Below, piece by piece: positions 31,458 to 36,983 of a stretch of DNA of 36,983 bases. The notes under the pieces are model-generated. The model ran no database searches. It saw only the letters and a list, made by a program, of their open reading frames with translations, and was not told where the DNA came from. Source of the DNA: an uncultured virus (IMG/VR IMGVR_UViG_3300034158_000001) (lineage: Duplodnaviria > Heunggongvirae > Uroviricota > Caudoviricetes); IMG/VR virus record IMGVR_UViG_3300034158_000001; one strand, written 5' to 3'. How positions within the stretch are numbered: the stretch's first letter is position 1; every line of letters starts with the position of its first letter. The position numbers and the translations under genes are program-made.

Positions 31458-31700
31458 TTAAGCAGGGCAGTACAACACTGTCCGATTGCAATTACCACCA
31501 CGGGCCTCTCGCACTCTCAAGAGTAGCCCATCTTCAACGAGCTTTCTCAGGATTGGTGTGCGGCTCAGGCTTGGCATGTGGCTACAATTCACGGCCATGC
31601 CGAGTGGATACTTCCTAACCAGATCGATCCAAAACTGACGCTGTTCTCTTGGAGACAGAAGTAGAAGTCTCCTATCCCATACACTAGTTGGTGCCCTCAT
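31458..31700 (-). CDS. hypothetical protein (possible winged-helix)
   Basis: GGAGG RBS; LRKLVEDGLL.R. Confidence 0.62.
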   Translation of the reverse strand: MRAPTSVWDRRLLLLSPREQRQFWIDLVRKYPLGMAVNCSHMPSLSRTPILRKLVEDGLLLRVREARGGNCNRTVLYCPA

Positions 31701-31867
31701 TTAACCTCCCAAGGAGCGAGCAAAGTGTCTACAGAACGGATCAGTCCATATGGAGTCCGTTCACTTGTCTCCCTCCCAGTGACGGACATTCTCGATGTGC
31801 TCACGTTCTTCCATGTACTCCCAATCTGTCATCCGATCCTCTTGGTGATCTGAATCCTCGTAAGTAC

Positions 31868-32068
31868 TCATTGCGGCTTACTCAGGTCAAGGCCAATTGG
31901 CTGTGGAATCTGGATGTCCATGCGGTCGATTACAATAGACAGGGCAAGACGAATAGCGTTCTCGACGATCACTCTCCGGCAGTATGTGGAGTTTGTGTTG
32001 CTCAGAGGTGTCTCGCACTGGTTGGCGATATTAGTAATTTCTTGTGGTGTCGGCATTGGCAGCTTCAT
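31868..32068 (-). CDS. hypothetical protein
   Basis: ATGA overlap chain. Confidence 0.55.
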   Translation of the reverse strand: MKLPMPTPQEITNIANQCETPLSNTNSTYCRRVIVENAIRLALSIVIDRMDIQIPQPIGLDLSKPQ

Positions 32069-32304
32069 TGTTGGGCTTCCTTACATGGGACTACACGACT
32101 GGTTTGTGGGTCGAGCAACAGGATTGCTTGAGAGGCATTGCCATTCTCAACGTAGAGATGGGTAACACCACGAACACAAATCTCGTAGCTATTCCGTTTG
32201 ATGTAGCTGGATACGGCAGCACCGCGAACGGTCCGTTCTTCAGGATTAGCGGGCACACAGCCTACGAGCAAGGCCAAGATTGCAGCCAGAGTAATCATTT
32301 TCAT
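32065..32304 (-). CDS. putative lipoprotein
   Basis: MK-hydrophobic stretch-LVGC lipobox; AAGGAG RBS. Confidence 0.72.
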   Translation of the reverse strand: MKMITLAAILALLVGCVPANPEERTVRGAAVSSYIKRNSYEICVRGVTHLYVENGNASQAILLLDPQTSRVVPCKEAQQ

Positions 32305-32429
32305 ACTGGTTCTCCTTTGATATATTTTTGCATGAGTACTTTGTAGTCAAGAACTTCTCCAGGGTGAGCCTCCTTATAAGAGGCTACCCACCAAGACCAA
32401 CCACCAACAGTGTCTTTAGCTGTCTTCAC
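32301..32429 (-). CDS. 42-aa peptide (below ORF-track cutoff)
   Basis: GTGA/ATGA overlaps at both ends; MKTAKDTVGGWSWWVASYKEAHPGEVLDYKVLMQKYIKGEPV. Confidence 0.6.
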   Translation of the reverse strand: MKTAKDTVGGWSWWVASYKEAHPGEVLDYKVLMQKYIKGEPV

Positions 32430-32605
32430 CAGTTACACCCGCAGTGTGATGGATGACCTTGAGGCATGCAGCAAACTTTCTGTTGTGGTGCTCCCCAGCC
32501 AGATTGGTAACTGGCCTGAACTGCCCACCCTAGATTGTAGAGTTCACGTTCTGCCTCTTCGATAATACGTTTGAGTTCTTGCCTCCGCATTTCAAGGGTC
32601 TTCAC
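32426..32605 (-). CDS. 59-aa peptide with coiled coil and Cys/His-rich tail (below cutoff)
   Basis: GGAGG RBS, GTGA overlaps; ends VCCMPQGHPSHCGCNW. Confidence 0.6.
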   Translation of the reverse strand: MKTLEMRRQELKRIIEEAERELYNLGWAVQASYQSGWGAPQQKVCCMPQGHPSHCGCNW

Positions 32606-32856
32606 CGAATGATCCTCCCGTTAAAGTTTGCATACCCTTCTTTATCGTCGTCATCGTAGATGGTCCATGTAGACCCACACTCGCAGCACGCCACACTGAT
32701 CCAGTAGCAGTCTGAAGTAGGGTCATAGTTACCAGTACTCCCGCCATACTTACCTGTCTTGTCAGTGTGAGGGCAGGTAGCTCGCAGTTCAGACAGCTCT
32801 TGGGAGAGTCGACTACGCATTGTGATGATGCGTGCTACACGTTCTTTGATAGTCAT
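32602..32856 (-). CDS. Zn-ribbon-like hypothetical protein
   Basis: CPH...GNYDP..D.YW....CCECG..W; ATGA overlap. Confidence 0.68.
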   Translation of the reverse strand: MTIKERVARIITMRSRLSQELSELRATCPHTDKTGKYGGSTGNYDPTSDCYWISVACCECGSTWTIYDDDDKEGYANFNGRIIR

Positions 32857-33347
32857 TTCTGCCAATTGTAGCACCCCTCACGGATAGCTGGCAAGTCTCC
32901 CCAGCAGCAACACTCCTTACCTTTGTCACAATACCCTGTAGAGCCAGTGAGGTGCAATAGGGCACCTTCGATGGTTCCCATTTTGTCTACTGCTTCCTTC
33001 GCCTCTTTAAGGCCGCACCCTGCACGTTCCCGTACAGTCTTGATCATCATCACCTTACTAGCTACGAGTGGTGTTGGTGTGAAGTCGGATGCCCACTGCA
33101 CTGCTGTTTCAGCTTCAGCAATAACTTTCTCATTTTCAAGGGCCAGGAGAAGGGATTCAAGAAGTTGGACGGCCTTCTCCTTGTTTGCATGCTGACTACG
33201 CTCACTGTCACAGGAGATACCAAGACCTGTCGGAATATGGTGTGCAATGATCCCACCTGTGGTGAGGCCAACAGTCATACCGCCAGCCCCATGTCCAGTC
33301 TGTGGCAGGTAGGATGTGATTCGGATATCAAACAGACTAATCGCCAT
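32853..33347 (-). CDS. RF-1 (peptide release factor)-like domain with GGM in place of GGQ, fused to a bL12-CTD/EF-Ts-N-like helical domain
   Basis: GAGGMTVG...HIPTGLGISCDSERSQHANKEKA..LL; SKVMMIKTVRERAGCGLKEAKEAVD; GAGG RBS. Confidence 0.8.
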   Translation of the reverse strand: MAISLFDIRITSYLPQTGHGAGGMTVGLTTGGIIAHHIPTGLGISCDSERSQHANKEKAVQLLESLLLALENEKVIAEAETAVQWASDFTPTPLVASKVMMIKTVRERAGCGLKEAKEAVDKMGTIEGALLHLTGSTGYCDKGKECCCWGDLPAIREGCYNWQK

Positions 33348-33810
33348 AGTAGAGTATTTCCTCAAAAGTGTTTTCAAAGTTTTCTAGAACAGCCTCGTTG
33401 AACCAACGGCTTGCTCCTGTGGGGCAGAGTGTACCACATTTAGCTAATGCGTCAATGAATTTCTTATATTCTCTCTGCTCTTTGAGGTTCTTTTCGTGCT
33501 CGGTTTGCACGCCATACCAACCATACCCGGAGGTTTCAATCTGATGACCCGCATCGTTCACCAGTACAAGCACTTGCTCGGTGAATCCAGGGTTCCGTTC
33601 AGAGCGGTAGACATAACTGCTCTTGAAGTACCAGTTTTGGTTTCCAGCAATACGTTGGAGTTCATAAACCAAGTGCTGAGATACCTCAAGTGTTTCCTCT
33701 AGCTTCTTGTAGAACGTGAAGTCGCTAGAACCGTATCCGTTCTCCATACGATAGCATTTGCGTTTGTCCACTGTTTCACCTCCAAGTAAAATGTAAAGAG
33801 CTGGGCTCAC
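33337..33810 (-). CDS. hypothetical protein
   Basis: GTGA overlap, 157 aa. Confidence 0.65.
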   Translation of the reverse strand: MSPALYILLGGETVDKRKCYRMENGYGSSDFTFYKKLEETLEVSQHLVYELQRIAGNQNWYFKSSYVYRSERNPGFTEQVLVLVNDAGHQIETSGYGWYGVQTEHEKNLKEQREYKKFIDALAKCGTLCPTGASRWFNEAVLENFENTFEEILYYGD

Positions 33811-34001
33811 TTGGCCCAGCTACGCCAGTCGATCCCGCAAGCATCTAAAGCTTCGTCCAGAGTGTAGTAATACGTGATTGGTGGCAGGCAGTAGTTGCGA
33901 GCGTACTCACGTATCTCCTCATTCATGGGAAGCTCTGACCACACTGTGGGTTCAATCGCCCCACAGATGTCACAGACTTTGGGAGTGTGTGGTTGTTCCA
34001 T
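33807..34001 (-). CDS. hypothetical protein (CxxC)
   Basis: Fills the gap in the - strand chain. Confidence 0.55.
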   Translation of the reverse strand: MEQPHTPKVCDICGAIEPTVWSELPMNEEIREYARNYCLPPITYYYTLDEALDACGIDWRSWAK

Positions 34002-34356
34002 TTTCAATTACCACCGCTTCATGAGAGTAGTAGCCATTATGCTCGTTGTAAGCCACAAATTGCAAGACACCTTTTGAAGTTTTGATGTTCACGAACATGC
34101 AATCACTCTCATAGACGCTACCCAGGGAAGTGGTTGCTAGTTTGCTGTCAACAACATCTGCACTCAGGTATTCCGCACCTACGAACTCTTCCAGGGAGTC
34201 CTCAGAGGTTAGGTAGCCCCAATTCTCACAGCAGCTCTGACCATTGCTGATACCCATCTTGATCTGCGTGTCGTCTTCAAGTGTGATAACGTAGCCGTCA
34301 TAACCGCTCCAAGAGCCACGGCCCCAAGTAGTTTCTTCGATAGACTTAATCTTCAT
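33970..34356 (-). CDS. conserved phage hypothetical protein (QSCCE...T.KG...NEHNGYYS family)
   Basis: AAGGAG RBS; QSCCE and HNGYYSH motifs. Confidence 0.75.
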   Translation of the reverse strand: MKIKSIEETTWGRGSWSGYDGYVITLEDDTQIKMGISNGQSCCENWGYLTSEDSLEEFVGAEYLSADVVDSKLATTSLGSVYESDCMFVNIKTSKGVLQFVAYNEHNGYYSHEAVVIENGTTTHSQSL

Positions 34357-34401
34357 TTTACTCTCCTTATATTTTGATTTTATGTACACACTTCCCACAG
34401 G

Positions 34402-34659
34402 TCAATCTCCCCAGTATGAAAGCTCTTCATCAACAGCTTCCTCTGGTGTAAGCCAATCCTCAAAGGACAGTCCTGCATTGTCAGAGTTTTCCCACAGAGT
34501 CTCAGCAAGCTCATATGCCTGGCTAATCTCCTGTGGGTCCACACCATCGTACATCTTAAGTGTGAACATGTACCCAACGGCCTCTTGAAGCCACTCAGTT
34601 GTCAGGCGTTCAAGCTTATCAGCTTTTGTCTCTACTACGAAAGCGCGTACTGCTGTCAT
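34402..34659 (-). CDS. acidic hypothetical protein
   Basis: TPEEAVDEELSYW C-terminal motif. Confidence 0.7.
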   Translation of the reverse strand: MTAVRAFVVETKADKLERLTTEWLQEAVGYMFTLKMYDGVDPQEISQAYELAETLWENSDNAGLSFEDWLTPEEAVDEELSYWGD

Positions 34660-34751
34660 TTTATTTTAGCTCCCAAGATAATACTCCCACAACCGGCGAA
34701 CCACGCAATGGCGAGCCATAGAAAGAATGTACTGATGTGCATGTGAATCAT
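34656..34751 (-). CDS. 31-aa single-TM peptide (below cutoff)
   Basis: GGAGGTG RBS, ATGA overlap. Confidence 0.55.
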   Translation of the reverse strand: MIHMHISTFFLWLAIAWFAGCGSIILGAKIK

Positions 34752-34794
34752 AACACCTCCAGAGTGGCCGTACTAGGCCAAAATTTCAATCGCG

Positions 34795-35133
34795 TTACGC
34801 TACAAGGTCTTCCCAAGGAACGTCCGCCATGACGAAGTTTTCGTAGGGGAACATCACCTCGACTGCCTCGCCGAGTTCATTGTACACACTGTACGAAACA
34901 AACTCTCCCAAGAATGCCACGTCTTTGAAGAAGTCTTTCCAGACCCTCGTGCGTACTCCGTGAGGCAGCCCTACAGGAAGCGAGAGCAGGAGCTTGTTCA
35001 GCTTAACAGCTTCATCCAGTACAAGCGGAACGTCTTTGACGTAGAAGTTGATACTCTTTGCCTTCATCACTGGGCAGTAACTGTAGTCAGAAATCTGACC
35101 TACTGGGCGGTAAGGGTTTGGCATGTAGAACAT
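34795..35133 (-). CDS. hypothetical protein
   Basis: AGGAG RBS. Confidence 0.65.
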   Translation of the reverse strand: MFYMPNPYRPVGQISDYSYCPVMKAKSINFYVKDVPLVLDEAVKLNKLLLSLPVGLPHGVRTRVWKDFFKDVAFLGEFVSYSVYNELGEAVEVMFPYENFVMADVPWEDLVA

Positions 35134-35148
35134 TTGAATCTCCTATAG

Positions 35149-35178
35149 AAAAGCCCACACCTTTGTGGGGTATGGGCT
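35149..35178 (-). terminator. intrinsic terminator after the terD-like gene
   Basis: AGCCCATACC...GGTGTGGGCT-TTT on the - strand. Confidence 0.7.
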
Positions 35179-35189
35179 ATTGTAGCACG

Positions 35190-35765
35190 TTATGCGAAGG
35201 CTTTCAATACTTCGTTAGGGTTGGCCTGGGCCGACTCACCAACTGGTTGGAAACCCCAACCATTGCCAGTACGTTGCAGAGTACCCACGTGCAGTGCAGT
35301 ACCATTTACGAACTGTTGCAGCTTGTATTGTGCCAACAGGTTGTCGTCTTGGTCATACAGGTCGAAACTACCACCAGAAATCATGCTGAAGTCTTGATTC
35401 CGTGCAATTGCATCATGCAAGAATACGAAGTGTTCGATATTGTCGATGTTTGCTGGAACTTTACCAATCTCAACCAGAATTTCTTCGTCATCCTGACCAG
35501 CCACATCTGCACCGTTACGGTTATCACGTGGCAGAACAACAGCACCGTTATAGCAGTCTTTGTTGTTGAAGAAGCAAACGTTCTTCATATCACCTTGGAT
35601 GCTGCCATTGCTGGTCAGGAACATGAAGATGTCAAGGTCAAACTCATGGCCTTTGCTTGCCATTGGGTGCAGGTTCCAGTTCAGAGCACCACGCAGACGG
35701 GTCAGCGAAGGTGCAACTTTGGTCAGGTCCAACATCAGGGTATCTTTGCTCAAGTTAAGCTCCAT
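35190..35765 (-). CDS. terD: TerD-family stress protein
   Basis: L.W...FDLD, FFNNK, DNRNG...GQDDEEILV, H.A..R.QDF, L.R...W.F..VG. Confidence 0.88.
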   Translation of the reverse strand: MELNLSKDTLMLDLTKVAPSLTRLRGALNWNLHPMASKGHEFDLDIFMFLTSNGSIQGDMKNVCFFNNKDCYNGAVVLPRDNRNGADVAGQDDEEILVEIGKVPANIDNIEHFVFLHDAIARNQDFSMISGGSFDLYDQDDNLLAQYKLQQFVNGTALHVGTLQRTGNGWGFQPVGESAQANPNEVLKAFA

Positions 35766-35825
35766 TATCAAGTTCCTCTTTAGTAGTAAGTTGAGGCGCC
35801 ATTTTGGCGCCTCTTTCAGTTTGTG

Positions 35826-36506
35826 TCAAGCTTCTTTGCTGAGTTTCTTAGCAGTAAATGCAGCCGCTACAACGATACCAGCACCAACAGCTTTAGCGAT
35901 CCAGTGGTTCACTTCGCCGATGTATTCAATGAAGTGTGCGTCAGATACGATCATTTCAGCACCAACAACACCCAACATACCAGCACCAATCCAGATAATC
36001 ACTGGGAATTTATCCATCAGACCAGACAAGTACTTAGCACCGTAGACAATGATTGGGATGCTCAACACGATACCAGCGATTGCGTACAGTGTAGAGTGAG
36101 CACCAGTGCTAGAAGCAGCGCCCGCCACAGCCATTACGTTGTCCAGCGAGAGCATGAAGTCAGCTACGATGATGGTCCAGACAGCGCCCCAAATTGTAGA
36201 TTTCTGTTCAACTTCTGGGTCTTCTTCATGGCCCGTCAAGAGCGAGTAACCAATCCAGACCAAGTAAATACCAGCGAAAATCTTCAGGAATGGGATACCC
36301 AGCAAGAAGGTTGCGAATACCAGCAGTACAGCTCGGAGTGCGATGGCGCCAGCAGTACCAAGCAGGATTGCTTTACCACGAACACTTACAGCCAGAGAAG
36401 CACATGCCAGAGCGATCACGATTGCGTTGTCTAGACCCAGAAGCAGGTCAATCATCGTGATCTTAAAGATCGCAGCCCAGTCGAGCATTGCGAAGAATTC
36501 CATCAT
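35826..36506 (-). CDS. terC: TerC-family integral membrane protein
   Basis: IDLLLGLDNAIVIAL, G..GAI.LR, TIIVADFMLSLDNVMAVAGA, GIVLSIP. Confidence 0.9.
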   Translation of the reverse strand: MMEFFAMLDWAAIFKITMIDLLLGLDNAIVIALACASLAVSVRGKAILLGTAGAIALRAVLLVFATFLLGIPFLKIFAGIYLVWIGYSLLTGHEEDPEVEQKSTIWGAVWTIIVADFMLSLDNVMAVAGAASSTGAHSTLYAIAGIVLSIPIIVYGAKYLSGLMDKFPVIIWIGAGMLGVVGAEMIVSDAHFIEYIGEVNHWIAKAVGAGIVVAAAFTAKKLSKEA

Positions 36507-36541
36507 TTTTGTTTCCCCTTTCAGTTTGTTTGTGTGGGGCC

Positions 36542-36570
36542 ATCTTATCTAATGGCCCCCATGTTGTCAA
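36542..36570 (-). promoter_or_regulatory. sigma70-type promoter for terC-terD
   Basis: TTGACA-N17-TAAGAT followed by CCCCACACAAACAAAC, same family as the early promoters. Confidence 0.72.
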
Positions 36571-36574
36571 CTAT

Positions 36575-36983
36575 TTATTTGGTTGCGAACGCTTTAAATT
36601 CTTCGTTCAGCAACAGCTCATAGAACTTGTTCTGATCGATAGCCTTCGGGTCCGTGATGTACAGCACTTCAACAGTGTCATACTTCGCAGCGATAGCGTC
36701 CAAGTAACGTTTATCGCAACCATTACCGATAGCAACGATCTGTACAAAGGTGTTCTCCAGCGAGTCTAGCTGAGCTTCAAACTCACGCTTATCGTTGTTG
36801 GCGCCATCGGTGATCAGTGCCAGATAGGTTGGGGTTACAGGCTTAGCTGCACCGAAACCGAACAGACCGAACAGACCGCGTTTTGTTGCCTGACCTTTCA
36901 GACCTGCGATAGCATCTGCGAAATTGGTCCCACCGCCTGCACGAATACCGTGCTTACGGATGTAGGTGTGTGCATCATCTACA
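36575..36983 (-). CDS. vWA domain protein of Ter-type clusters (5' part outside window; missed by ORF track)
   Basis: GGGTNFADAI, PTYLALITDG.NND, FVQIVAIG, YL..I, YELLLNEEF; stop at 36575-36577. Confidence 0.85.
   Translation of the reverse strand, partial: VDDAHTYIRKHGIRAGGGTNFADAIAGLKGQATKRGLFGLFGFGAAKPVTPTYLALITDGANNDKREFEAQLDSLENTFVQIVAIGNGCDKRYLDAIAAKYDTVEVLYITDPKAIDQNKFYELLLNEEFKAFATK

Noticed and set aside
31701..31871. Possible TGA readthrough in a small - strand ORF (36 aa, stop, 19 more codons ending just before the next gene)
   Set aside because: Too short to judge; an ordinary 36-aa gene or a decayed gene explains it equally well
35058..36769. Long + strand ORFs (241, 161, 203 aa) opposite terD/terC
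   Set aside because: Antisense shadows of well-supported - strand genes; no RBS or motifs

Overview
A 37-kb segment of a lytic, tailed dsDNA phage. By inference from gene content and order it is a Pseudomonas myovirus of the Pakpunavirus/Otagovirus type. From left to right: (i) 1-10.5 kb, a + strand DNA/nucleotide-metabolism block (vWA protein, 5'-3' exonuclease, HNH nucleases, Pth2-like protein, metallophosphoesterase, dATP/dGTP diphosphohydrolase-like protein, ThyX, NrdB, NrdA) with free-standing homing endonucleases; (ii) 10.5-21.3 kb, accessory genes including a CoaB-like protein, glutaredoxin, MazG-like protein, three paralogous small proteins with a W-x(1-2)-S-x(2-3)-C motif at or near the C-terminus, a Pol-beta-type nucleotidyltransferase-like protein and two frameshifted genes; (iii) 21.0-22.0 kb, a mostly non-coding, origin-like region with iteron-like repeats, phased A-tracts and Fur-box-like sites; (iv) 22-28.9 kb, small early-type genes behind many near-consensus sigma70 promoters; (v) 28.9-30.2 kb, a 1.3-kb ORF-free region, probably at or near the genome termini, with about 12 GNA/GNNA-loop DNA mini-hairpins on both strands and near-consensus sites for host proteins (parS, Fur, sigma54, GacA-like); (vi) a two-gene, possibly fibre/adhesin-like module; (vii) 31.4-37 kb, - strand genes including a release-factor-like domain (GGQ changed to GGM) fused to a bL12/EF-Ts-like helical domain, and a vWA-TerC-TerD cluster. 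I saw no tRNA, rRNA, CRISPR array or integrase. All protein calls come from motif recognition by eye; no searches were run.
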